A stretch of 64,000 nucleotides of DNA. It comes from Paraspadella gotoi (lineage: Eukaryota > Animalia > Chaetognatha). Of the stretch, positions 1 to 13,500 are shown piece after piece. The notes beneath the pieces were generated by a model, which was not told the DNA's origin, did no database searches, and worked only from the letters and a program-made list of their open reading frames with translations. How positions within the stretch are numbered: position 1 is the first letter of the stretch; every line of letters begins with the position of its first letter. The position numbers and the translations under genes were made by a program. Location of the stretch: positions 12,129,130-12,193,129 of the forward strand of contig CM119263.1 of the NCBI GenBank assembly GCA_051294375.1, written 5' to 3'.

Positions 1-640
1 ATTGGATGGATGGATTGGAATGACATTTTGTGTGTGGGTACTGAGTAAGGAAGTGTGTGATTGAGCTGGATATGAAGTTTTGATGGAATCGTGCGAGTGG
101 AAATGAGTTTAAATGGAAAAAATAAAAAAAATCTATTTCACTATTTGAACACCAATTACTCATGAGTGGACGGGGCGATTGACTTGAAATTTTTTAAGTG
201 GGTAGGAAAGTGTGTGATTATGCTGGAAATCAAGTTGGAATCGATGGAATCGTCTGAGTGGAAATGATTTTAAATAGAAAAAACAAAAAACCTGTTTCAC
301 TAATTGATTATGCTTCTTTTTCGTTTTATATTAAATGTAAATGCGAGATGTATTGATTAATCAAATAATTAATCAGTTAATTAATCAATTAGTCAATTAA
401 TTAACAAATAATTAATCGGTAAATTAATCAATTAATTAATCAATTTATTAGGTTATCTATTAATTAATTATTCAATCAATCAATTTATTTATAAATTAAT
501 TAATTATTTATTCAATCAATCAATCAAGTCAATCGTTATAAGCATTATTGTCGTCGCCATCATCGTCATCGACGAAAAGACCTAAAAACATACATTTCGG
601 ATTAAATTAATTAATTTATATAATATAAATGATATAATAA
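1..640 (+). mobile_element. HINE-like element fragment
   Basis: Core closely similar to 11876-12300, followed by the ATTA array. Confidence 0.6.
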
Positions 641-735
641 TGTTTTTTGTTGCGCCGCGAGTATTTTTTGGTCGATCTGTCTGTTAGTCGGTATGTCTTT
701 CCGTCGGTATGTCTCACTTACTTTAAAAATTCATT

Positions 736-965
736 ATGGTGGACTAAAATTCACCAACCATCAGCGGCCATTGGTGCCGGAGGCAAGTCATTTCCGCCCC
801 CAACCAAAGGTCCGGGGTTCTAGCCCGGTGGTCGTCTGGCAGTTAAGAGGGACGGGGCGCTTAATCCGCCTAACATGGTGTTACAGCCTGATCCGCAAGC
901 TCAGGGTCTGCTTATATTGAACTGGTTCTGTCACTAAACACAACATAAATTACTGTCTCTTCACT
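736..965 (+). mobile_element. tRNA-derived SINE, family A
   Basis: Head GCGGCCA...TGGTCGT with acceptor-stem pairing, A-box-like TGGTGCCGGAGG and B-box GGTTCTAGCCC. The body recurs at 1152-1270 (+, internally deleted) and 52100-52240 (-). Confidence 0.65.
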
Positions 966-1564
966 TGGTGAGCCCGACTTCCGAACGCAACAGCAACAAC
1001 AACACTTTCAGGCGACATGCCTCAACCTGGCGATGCACTTTCCGCCCACAACACATCAGGCGACATGCCTCAACTTGGTGACGAACTTTCCACCAACACA
1101 CAACAATTCACTGAAGAGACGCAACAGACTTCTCCCTAAGGGGAGGGGGATGTATGGTGGACTAAAATCCGCCTGAAACATGGATGTGTCAGGAACTGAT
1201 CCGAAGCTCAGGGACTGCTTATATTGAACGGTTTTGTCACTAACACATAACAATATTACTGTCTCTTCAAGCATACTAATTTGCCTACAGCTTGGTTGCT
1301 TATTTTTAGACAGAAAAAAACTTTAAAAAACTTCAGGGAAGCCTAAAACTAAAAGGAATAAAAGAATGGAACTTCGATGCAGTGCATGTCATAAATACAA
1401 GGACTAAAAAAGTTTCGATGTCAATGTCATGACACATCAAAAATAAAGTTACTGCGGCGCAACACATTGGAATCACCGTTTCTTGTTTCTAATTTTTATT
1501 CTTTGATTTTTTTCAAATAACAGCCAAATACTAGCCTAAAAGTAAATTTATTTGAATCTGTTAG

Positions 1565-4500
1565 GAAATGTTTGGCTAACCATCAAGAAGAATATCTATA
1601 AAAATCTCAGAGACATACAACACCAATGGGATATTGCCCACAAAACAGATCCATTGATTGCAGAAACTTACAGGTGCATTCAAAGTTAATAAAAATTAAG
1701 GTTATTTGTTTCAGAGTCATGATTTTGGCAGAAGATTTAGTAGTTAATAGTTTGATTTGGTCTTTTCATGCCAATAATATAAAAGGAAAACAAATTATTT
1801 CTGGAAGTAACTTAATATTTATTTTTAAAATAAGCACTGATCTTCAGAGACTCCTGTCTCCCTCAAAGGTGCAATAACAAATTAACACAAAAATTTACAA
1901 AACAGTTTTAGGTAAGGTTTCTACTCTTCAGAGTGAGGAGAAATGGATTTTCAGCCAATGGAAGAGTAGAAACCTTACCTAAAAAACTGTTTTGTAAATT
2001 TTGTGTTAATTTTGTTATGCACCTTTGAGGGGAGACAGAAGATCTCTGAAGATCAGTGCTTATTTAAAAATAAATATTATGTTACTTCCAGAAATAATTT
2101 TGTTTTCCCTTTCATATTATTGGCATGAAAAGACCAAATCAAACTATTAACTACTAAAAATTAAGGTAATATTTTTTTTTAACCCAACCTACACTAATAG
2201 GAACGGAAATGTTGGAATTATTTGCTATGTTAAGAGGAATTCCAAAGAAAGAAGTTCCAAAAGTTATCAAAGAAATTTCTGACTTGCTGTTACTAACAGG
2301 CTAGATTATTTTTAATTTATTCATCATAATCATTTAATAATAAAAATGTGAAACCCCATATAGATCATATGAACCGAAGATGTGGTACTTACAGTGGTGG
2401 AAATAAAAGGAAGCTAAGTCTCGCTTTGGCCCTTATAGGAAAGCCACCACTTGTTATGCTAGATGAACCGACCACAGGTAAATCATTGGCATTGAAGAAT
2501 TTCAACAAGGGCACGATTTTCCATGAGAGCCCCATTAACTCCATGTCCAAGTGGCAGCAAAAAAATCTTAACTGTACCTTAAACATTTATTAAAGATGAT
2601 ACATAAGTATATTATTTGTTGGAGAATTATGAAATGTTTTTGTGTATAAGTTTCATTTGTGTTTAATACATTGTTTTTTTTTAACCATGCAGTCGAAAAT
2701 TTTCACAATCCTGTACAGTTTCTAGTATAATTTTAAGTGCTTAAAACAATTAACAAGGTTTCCTCAATCAGATTTTGCGTTAGACCTACGCACAATTGAC
2801 CAGAAGTTGATGTTGACTACAACATGGAATTTTTCTCTTTTCTTTAATTGCAAGATAAGAAAATAGTTTTATAAAAATAATAATTGCCTAAATTTGAAGT
2901 TACTCTCATTATTTAATAAGTTTTACTTTAAAAATGTTTTTAAAAAAGGTTCTTACCCATAGTGGGCGTGTCCAAAACCGGAAATGACGCTTAAAAACTA
3001 ATAAAATACGCAATATTAATAGTTTTTGATCTACTATAAATATAATGGTTTTTTATTGTCATATGATAGTTGTATCACAAAGAATTATCATATATATCAT
3101 AAAAAACTATCATAGCTCTAAATAGACAAAATAAATATTAGTTACAAAAGATTAGTTTCTTAGTAACTGTTAAAATTGAGAATTAATATTATTGCATTAT
3201 TTGTTGTTGAAGAGACATCATATGCACGGGAGATNNNNNNNNNNNNNNNNNNNNNNNNNCGAGGAGATTACATAATCTTCAACTACATTGAATGTCATGG
3301 TCCTTTTATTTGAGAGGAATCTAGGTTATAGAGATTAATCATATATTACATTTTATTAGGTTATTTTGATGATGATATGATATGTAAACCGTGAATGTAG
3401 TCCATTTTTGGTGAATTTTATTTAAAGTAAAAGTATAAGAGGAGCTTAACAATGCGCAGATTCGTAAGAGTTTTCAACCGGGAGTGCAGATTTGGGAAAA
3501 ATCTTCTAATGGCGAAAATCTTCCAAAGAAGGGTGAGTTTCCGAAGATTGGGTTAATATTCTATATTATAGTAAGGTATTTTTTGAAACTTAAAGTATTA
3601 GAACAATATTGCATCATTCTACCTTGGCCGTATATAGATACTATTAAAAAAACCTCGGCCTTTGTTTCGTCAGAGCTATGTCCCTATAAATGGGGTGGAC
3701 CAATGTTGACAAGCGCCGGTAAAACAAAACGCTGGTCATTTGCAAACCCACAAAAGATTTTTTTTAAATGTTAAATAATAATTTAAAAGCACAAAAACCA
3801 CAAAATATTTATATATTCAAATTTTATTCAGCAATGCGACTTTATCATGCTATCTTCCGAAACCAGGCTAAAAGTTTTTCCACCGCCCCGCGACGCTTTA
3901 CCGGCCGATAATCATGTTCCGCAAGGTAGACCAAGGTTGGATGAACCCGCCCCTAGTAGCTCATTGAGCTATGCATTGAATCAAGTGAACCACCGGTCAC
4001 GACTTGAACGGTGTCATGCTGTTATATAGACGGCGTTAACTCTAGCAATGCTTGACCTACATAACCTCCATAGATGAATGTAAGGAACACCGGATGATCC
4101 TTGTTTTCTCGCTAACTGTCAAAATGGGCGTCCACACATGTCGACACGTCTTGCTTACGGGATCACAACCCTACAAAAAATTAAATTTTAGAGAAAACTG
4201 AAGACTCTACAGACCTGTGCAAAAAAACCCGCCACTTTATTTCAGACTTTATAAAATCACCCTATAAACTTGAATTTTTAAAAGGGATTTAAAAGTTTAT
4301 TAAAAGATGATATTTACATAAATTTATACAAATTGGGCCATCCATTTCGGACAATGATTTTTTAAATTGAAGTTCTCTACTGCAGATCTGATGTAAAAAT
4401 CTGATAGATTTAAGACTAATTTTTTCTTCTTTCTGATATCTTTTACCCAATGATGGAATAAAAAATTGTCCTCGCGGTTACTTTCCAGCTATTTTTCGGC

Positions 4501-7500
4501 AATTTTAAATGTGAGAATCAGAAAATAAAACCTACATATCTGAACTTTGACCCTTTTGTGATTATATGAGCTAGTTTACTCCATTTATGTACGACAAAAA
4601 AACAAAGTTTCCATGCAAAGAAAATGAGGTTGTTCAAAAAAATCGCTTCTTTCTTTTTTATCTTTTCATATAACACTTTTTTTATTTTATACTTAATTTC
4701 CGGTTTTTTTACTTAATTTTTAGTAAACCGTTACTATTAAACAAATGCGTCTGCCTTTTCTCCAGTCTCAGTCAAACATAGTTATCTGCATCATCCCATT
4801 AGATAGATATCAGAGATGCACATAAGCGGTTTTAAAAATTATAATTAGCTGTAGATGCCTCCAGAATATTTTTATTATATTATAAAGTTATAAGTGCCTC
4901 CGGGTAACGCTTTCTATGAGCAAATTATCATTTTTATTAGCCTCTGCGATGTATTATCAGAAACTTAAATATCAACAAGTGCCAAAAAAAAAAACAATCA
5001 TAGATTTTGTTTGAAATGATAAGACAATGCATCACCACATTATGCAACAACAACTCAACCTGGTCTTACTATTATAGGGATCAATCTTTTTCAACTCTGC
5101 CAAGGACCATTTTTCCCTTTATCATAACATCCTTATAAACTCATAAAATATTCAAAAATCACTATTTCTTAATTTTTAAAAACATGTTTTGCATTCGCCG
5201 GAAAACACTTGAAAACTTTGTTAAAATATGTTAAATGATATTTGGCGCTTAAACAGATCGTTAACAATATTAAAAAAGTTTCATCATTAAATAGTTTTCT
5301 AAATACAAAGTGTTTTGACGCTGAATACTTGAAATCTTTAAAACATATTTACTATTTTTGATCTATACTTTTGTGAAGAATTCAGAATCTTTAAAAAAAT
5401 TAAATAAACAAAATTATCTTGAAAACTTTATATTTACAAAGCAATATATACTATAATATATTGTCAATTAATAATACAATATCAAGAAAACATATTCTTT
5501 TGTCACTCCTTAATACATACTATCTCACCTCTAAATATCCCTTGTTTGATCATTCAAATAACAATTAATGTTCCCCAGTGCTCCACACTAGTACAGATTC
5601 AGTATAATTCTAAAGTGGCTTCAAAATCATTACACCAAGGTGGGTCATCAATCAGAATCTTTGCATCCTAGACCTAACGCTCAATTATAATGGAATTGGG
5701 CATGGACTGCCAATAGTGGAATTTTTCTTTTTTAACTCATAAATGAAAAGTTAGGCAGTTGTTTTTTACTTATCCTGCAATTAGTATAATTTTTAATAAG
5801 TAATAATATACATCAATTAATAATGTATATTAAAAGTTTCTTAATCTATATCTTGACTGCCTAAATGGTTTTTTACTGCTTATATGACAGCTTTATCACA
5901 AAGGATTCATCCATCCCATATCATAAAACCAAATCCCTATCCATATTTACTCAATTATTACATCTTTAAAAAGATTCGTTTTTAATAGCCAAAAGACTTT
6001 ACTTTAACTGTCAAATATTACAAAATTTCATGTTCAATTTTCATTCCAATTACATGACTTTGCTAATTTTAACAATTCCTGTTTTAAATTTTAATACCTT
6101 TTCCTTAATTTAATTTTTTCATCAGTAATTCTTTTTACTCCGGCAATACCTTTTTTTGCTCAAAAAACTATATGTCGGAAATTAGACCCTTTTCTTCATA
6201 AATTTTATGTAAATCTTAGAGGGACCATACCCTATTTTTAAGTTTCTCCAAGTAGAGGAGAAAGAGAAACAATATCCATGCCATCAAAAAAGTTCATCCA
6301 GATTTTACAAATTTTCTTTTCTTTAAAAAAAACCTTTAAATCCGGCAATAAAAAAAAAATTCATCTATCTTATCACCATATTGTCAATAATCCTTTCCTT
6401 TCGTTCGTTTTGAATTAAAAGAGTTTCACAGTAGTTCAAGCAACGATTTTTCTTTAAAGTTAAACGTTTGAAAAATTTTTTTTTCAATTATCTAATATGC
6501 TCTCTCTCTGCCTAAACCTAACCTGTCTTTCACCTCGACCTTCTCAAATACCTTTGTTGAAAATTTTTTCATCTCTCTCTCTTTTCTCTCTCTCTCTCTT
6601 CCCTTACTCTCACCTAAATTCCTCACTCCTCTCTTCCTTTCTCTCCTCTCTCTCTGGACTGCCTTTAAAATGATTAGTTCATAAGACATCAACACATGTT
6701 GCCAAAAAAGTAAGAAAATTATAACTTAATAAATCCCAAATCACGAATTGCTTAATACTAAGATATTTTTTTATTCCTTGTCAAAAAAAAGTTTATATGC
6801 TAATACTAAATCATATTAGATCAAAAACTTTTAATAATACATATTTAATTGATTATTATTATTACTTATTAAATAATTATACTAATTGCAGGATAAGTAA
6901 AAAACAACTGCCTAACTTTTCATTTATAGTAAAAAGAAAAATTCCATATTGCAGTCCATGCCAACTTCCAGTAAATTGAGCGTAGGTCTAATGCAAAATC
7001 TGATTGATGACACCTTGTTAATCATTTTAAGCACTTAAAATTATACTAGAAACTGTACAGTAGTGTGGAGCACTGGGGAACATAAATTTTATTTGAATGA
7101 TCAAACAAGGATATTTAGACGTGAGATAGTATGATTAAGGAGTACAAAAAATATTTTGCTTATATTGTATCATTAATTACAATATATTTATAGTAATATT
7201 CTTTTAAAATCATAAATTTTCAAGATAATTTTTTTTTTAATTTTTATTAAAGATTCTGATTCTTCACAAAAAGTTAGATCAAAAATATAAAATATGTTAT
7301 TAAAAATTTCAATGTCTTCAGCGTCAAAAACACTTTGTAGTAGAAACTATTATATGATGAAACTTTTTAATCATTTTTCGCATCTTTAACCCAAAAATAT
7401 CATTTAACATATTTTACAAAAGTTTTTCAGTTTTTTCCGGCGAATCCAAAACTGTTTTTAAAATTAAGAAAATATGATTTTGAAATTTTATGAGTTTATA

Positions 7501-10500
7501 AGGATATTACTATAAAGGGAAAAAATGGTCCTTGGCAAGCAGTGAAAAAGATTGATCCCCTATAAAGTAAACCAGGCTTGAGTTGTTGTTGCATAATGTG
7601 GTGATGCATTGTCTTTCATTTCAACAAAATCTTGATTTTTTTTTTTTGGACTTGTTTGATATTTAGTTCTGATAATACATCCAGAGGTAAATAAAAATGA
7701 TAACTTTGCTCATAGAAAGGTTACCCGGAGCATTATAACTTTATAATATATAAAAAATATTCTGGAGCATCTACAGCATTAATATATTTTTAAAACCGCT
7801 ATTCATCTCTGAATCTATCCTAATNNNNNNNNNNAAGTAACCGCGACAATATTTTTCTTCCATCATGGTAAAATATCAGAAGAAGAAAAATTAGTCTTAA
7901 ATCTATCAGATTTTTTACATTCAGATCTGCAGTAGAGAACTTCAATTTAAAAAATCATTGCTCCGAAATGGATGGCCCAATTTTTATAAAATTTATGCTA
8001 AAATATCATCTTTTAATAAACTTTAAATCCCTTTTAAAAATTCAAGTTTATAGGGTGATTTTATAAAGTCTGAAATAAAGTGGCGCGTTTTTTTGCACAG
8101 GTCTGTAAGTCTCAGTTCTCTAAAATTTAATTTTTGTAGGGGTTGATCCCGTAGCAAGACGTCGAATGTGGGACGCCATTTTGACAGTTAGAGAAAACAA
8201 GGATCAATCCGTGGTTCTTACATCTCATCTCATGGAGGTTATGTAGTCAAGCATTGCCTAAGTTAACCCCGTCTATATAAGCATGACACCTTCAGTCGTG
8301 ACCCGGTGGTTCATTGATTAATGCCATCAGCTCATGAGCACTAGGGGCCGGGTTCAATCCCAACCTGGTACCTACCTTGCAGGAAACATGATTATGGCCG
8401 TAAACCGTCGTAGGGGCGTGGAAAACCTTTAAGCCTGGTTCGAAGATGAGGCATATCAAAGTCGATTCTGATAAAATTTGAATATATAAATAGTTTGGTT
8501 TTTTGCTTTTAAATTCATATTTAACATTAAAAAAATCTTTGTGGGTTTGCAAATGACAGCGTTTTTTTACCGGCGCTTGTAAAATTGTCACTATGTATAG
8601 GACTAAGCTCTGACGAACAAAGCCCGAGTTTTTTTAATATATTCTTATACGGCCAAGGTAGAATGATGGCAATATTGTTAATATTAAGTTTCAAAAAAAT
8701 CCTACTATAATATAGAAAAATTAACCCAAATCTTCGGAAAATTCACCCTTCTTTGGAAGATTTTCGCCATAGAAGATTTTTCCCAAATCTGCTGACTCCC
8801 GTTGAAAACTCTTAGAATTGCGATTGTTAGCTCCTCTTATACTTTTACTTTAAATAAAATTCACCAAAATGGACTAATTCACTTTACCATGATCATATCA
8901 TATCAAAATAACCTATAAAATGTAAAGAAAATTTGAGAGCCCTTCAGACACTTTGCCAAAGGATTCCAAAATTGGACCTCATTTGTTGAACAGTCACGTT
9001 TATGAAATTAGTACAACCAATATAAAATTATCCATTCATTTAATAAATAAGCTATCTTGCCCTCTGACTTTGGACAGGCTTTGGTGGTTTAAGGCCTCCA
9101 TCACTCTTACAAGATAATGACATAGCAGGTCTACAAGCTTTCAATAAAGACTCTCTCACAGTCTCGTTTATTCATTCCCAGAGTACCTGGCTTCCCTATC
9201 AATGAAGTGAAAAATATTTCAAAGAATGTTTCATTGTATGAAAAGACCACTCCCTTAAGTATTAGATCGGGGAATACTTATTGCACTCCGCACTAGCATC
9301 AAAATACAAGGAGCTGAACTTTATGAATTGGTACAACCAATATAAAAATTATCCATTCATTTAATAAATAAGCTATCTTGCCCGTACTTTGGACAGGCTT
9401 TGGTGGTTTAAGGCTCCATCACTCTTACAGATAATGACATAGCAGGTCCCTACAAGCTTTCAATAAAGACTCTCTCTATATCGTTTTCAAGAGAAAAAAT
9501 ATCCTTTCATTTCTTATAAAATCAGAGATGGAATTTTTCCGTCCAGAAGCAGTCTATTTGTTCTGGCTGGTTTGATATCAAGATGTTGTGATTTGAACAG
9601 AGAGAAAAAAATTGCGAGCCCTTCAGATGCAACAGGATCGGAAAATGGACTAATTCACTTTACCATGATCATATCATATCAAAATAACCTAATAAAATGT
9701 AAAGAAAAATTTTGAGAGCCCTTCAGACACTTTGCCAAAGGATTCCAAAATTGGACCTCATTTGTTGAACAGTCACGTTTATGAAATTAGTACAACAATA
9801 TAAAAATTATCCATTCATTTAATAAATAAGCTATCTTGCCCCTGACTTTGGACAGGCTTTGGTGTTTAAGGCCTCCATCACTCTTACAAGATAATGACAT
9901 AGCAGGTCCCTACAAGCTTTCAATAAAGACTCTCTCACAGTCTCGTTTATTCACTCCCAGAGTACTTGGCTTCCCTATCAATGAAGTGAAAAATATTTCA
10001 AAGAATGTTTCAATTGTATGAAAAGACCACTCCCTTAAGTATTAGATCGGGGAAAACTTATTGTACTCGCCTAGCATCAAAATACAAGGAGCTGAACTTT
10101 ATGAAATTGGTACAACCAATATAAAAATTATCCATTCATTTAATAAATAGCTATCTTGCCCCTGACTTTGGACAGGCTTTGGTGGTTTAAGGCCTCCATC
10201 ACTCTTACAAGATAATGACATAGCAGGTCCCTACAAGCTTTCAATAAAGACTCTCTCTATTATCGTTTTCAAGGAAAAAAATCCTTTCATTTCTATATAA
10301 ATCAGAGATGGAAATTTTCCTCGTCCAGAAGCAGTCTATTTGTTCTGGCTGGTTTGATATCAAAGTGTTGATGATTTGACAAGAGAAAAAAATGAGAGAG
10401 CCCTTCAGATGCAACAGGATCGGAATCAAGTGTTTTTACATCGATATTTTACCAGAATTTTTACCAGGAGCGTTTAAATTGTTGGGTGGTCAGGATTTGA

Positions 10501-13500
10501 ACAAAAATCTCGCATTGAAAAAGTCTTCCTCGATCTCTAAGAACGACGTAGACTCCTACCATGTACTATGTTCATCCAAAATATCAAAAGGTCGAACCAG
10601 AAGAGAGTTTTCAAGTTTTGGTATAATATGAAAAAAGGGCACTGCAGTATGAACTTCAGGAAAAACAATATTGTATCAATCAAGACCCATACAAATGCTC
10701 TGGATTTGTCTTACAGAACCTTTGAAACCAAACAGTTATTTATTGGTGCGCTTATTACCCGCTGTTTTAACCAGTCGCGATATGTTTTACAAGATAGTTG
10801 TCTTTAATTAACCTGATTTAAATTCATTGTTCATAGGAGTGTGACGTTTTGTGCAATCGAATTTGCATTATGGTAAAAGGAAGAATGCGTTGCGTGGGAC
10901 TGCCCCAATACCTGAAGTCGAAGTTCACAATTGGTCAGAAAAATATGATTATTAAAAAACAAGTTTGAGCAAACAATGTCGGATCTTCTTATCGGTAATT
11001 AATTAATTAATTTGATCCCAAAGGTTTGTTTTTAGGTCTTTTCGTCACACTTTTTCTGCTTTTATAAAAAACTTATTTGTCCATTTAAAGTATACTTAAA
11101 AATGTCTAAATTTTCGTTTGAGCTTGTACTCACTCTAAATTTTTGACTCACCCCATTGAGTGCGGCTACCCCTATTGAAATTTGTTAAATTTATTTGAGA
11201 TTTAATTTAAAGAAAACTGTCTATTGTGGCGGTATATTCACACCGCCTCACGTCAAACCATCCTTCAGCCAAATCAATTGGCTCAGAGGGGCACACACCA
11301 TCCCAGGCATAGTGTTCCATCCACAGTCCTAACGATTTCCCTCTGCGTTGGCAAAGCGAGACCATCCTAGGGTAAGCGCGCCAGTGACTGGAGGTGTCCC
11401 TCAGGGTTGGGGATTCTGTGGCGGTATATTCACATCGCCTTACGTCCACCATTCTTCAGCCAATACCATTGGTTCAGAGGGTAAATGCAACATCCCAGGT
11501 GTTGCGTTCCTTCCACGACTTCCTTCTGCATTGGAAAAGCGAGACCGTCCTAGGGTAACCTCACCAGTGACTGGAGGCGTCACTTAGAGTCGGAAGCCCC
11601 CAAAGCCAACCGTTAGATGCCCCATCGCTATGGGCATCACAGACAACCCAGCTGTTGCCATAGTTTGATCTTTTCCTTTCTTTTATTTTTTATTTGGATC
11701 TGCTTTCAACAGATCCCGACTCTATAATTCACATTGTCGGTCCGTCCCCTCAATCTTGTCGGGCATTCACTTATATCATGTCAAAACATCGAATTATGAT
11801 AAATTATGCAAAAAAAACGATGTCCGTACGTCCGTCTGTCCGTCCCACCGTAGCAAAAAACACCAATTACTCGTGATTGGATGGATGGATTGGAATGAAA
11901 TTTTGTGTGTGGGTAAGGAAGTGTGTGATTGAGCTGGATATTAAGTTTCGATGGAATCGTCCGAGTGGAAATGAGTTTAAATTGAAAAAACAAAAAAAAT
12001 ATATTTCACTATTTTAACACCAATTACTCATGAGTGGATGGGGCGATTGACTTGAAATTTTGTATTTGGGTAGAAAAGTGTGTGTTTAATCTGGAAATCA
12101 AGTTTTGATGGAATCGTTTGATTGGTAATGAGTTTAAATGGAAAAAACAAAGAACCTGTTTAACTAATTGATTATGCTTCTTTTTCTTTTTATTTTAAAT
12201 GTAAATGCAAGATGTATTAATTAATCAAACAATTAATCAGTTAATTAATCATTTAGTCAATTAATTAATAAATAATTAATTAATCAGTCAATCAATCAAA
12301 ACAATTATTTCTGATCAAATTGCCCAATTAATTAAATAATTAACTTAAATAAATTAATTATTAATTATGTTTTTAAATAATAATTATATTTAAAGAAAGA
12401 AAGCATAACAAGTTTGAGCAAACAATGTCGGATCTGCCCACAATATTAGGAGTAACTAATTAATAATTAATTAATTCCAGGTAATTAATTAGGCAAATAA
12501 TTAATTAATTAATTTGATCCGAAATGTCACTGACCACGACGAAAGCAACGACGACAATAATGCTGATAACGATTGACTTGATTGATTGATTTAATAATTA
12601 ATTAATAGATAAATAAATTGATTGATTTAATAATTGATTAATTATTGACTGATTAATTAATTATTGGTTATCTAATTGACTAATTGATTAATTAATACAT
12701 CTTGTATTTACATTTAATATAAAAAGAAAAAGAAGCTTAATAAATTAGTGAAACAGTCTTTTTGTTAATTCCATTTAAACTCATTTCCACTCAGACGATT
12801 CCATCAAAAATTGATTTCACCTTGATCACACTTTTTCCTATCCACATACAAAATTTCAAGTCAATCGCCCCATCCACTTATGAGTAATGGCGTTGAAATA
12901 GTGAAATAGATTTTTTTTTATTTTTCCCATTTAAACTCATTTTCACTCGCTCAATCACACACTTCTCTACAGTCACACAAAATTTCATTTCAATCCATCT
13001 ATCCAATCACGAGTAATTGAGTTTTTTGCTAAGGTGGACGGACAGACAGACAGACTGATGGACTGATATCATTTTTGTACATAATTTATCATAATTCGAT
13101 GTTCTGATAGGATTGAGGGGACGGACCGACAAAGTGAATTATAGAGTCGGGATCTACTGGAAAGCAGATGCGACTAAAAATTCCTTTTAATCAAGCAGCG
13201 TGATATCTCTAAAAAAGTGGGAAAATAAAAAAATGCCTTCTCCCTGTCTTGTTTTTTTCCCTGTCTTCCTCGCCCCAAAAAATAGTACAATTTTTCACAA
13301 CTCTGTTTTGCGCTGAAGGAGGCATGTATCAAAGCCGAAACATGTAAACATTTAAAATTTTACGTTTCCCTTCTGATCTAAAATACATTATAATAAAAGA
13401 AAATAATAAAAGAAAAAGAAAATCGAATGAATTTGTTTTTCATCGGTTTGAAAAGTAAGGGCTGCTCTCTCTCCGCCATTATCGATAGTCTCGCAACATT

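Larger units (their letters stand above)
3348..8923. repeat. Large inverted duplication (arms ~3348-5880 and ~6780-8923), probable long-read foldback artefact
   Basis: The left arm is an indel-rich reverse complement of the right arm, including the ABCA exon (~4062-4172) and SINE B. N-gaps lie at 3235-3259 and 7825-7834. Confidence 0.85.

Noticed and set aside
763-835. Functional tRNA gene
   Set aside because: The D and anticodon arms are not canonical and a repeated body follows, so it is a SINE head.
1565-1673. ABCA pseudogenisation (frameshifts in the MGYCPQ exon)
   Set aside because: The extra bases sit in A-runs within a noisy region and all downstream exons are intact, so sequencing error is more likely.
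8866-10423. Biological tandem duplication or transposase ORF
   Set aside because: The copies differ mainly by 1-nt indels, suggesting a noisy versus polished copy. No frame gives a recognisable protein.
11348-11587. LINE reverse-transcriptase motif (PVTGGVPQG)
   Set aside because: The match is limited to a few residues, lacks the following SVLGP motif and lies in a tandem repeat unit.
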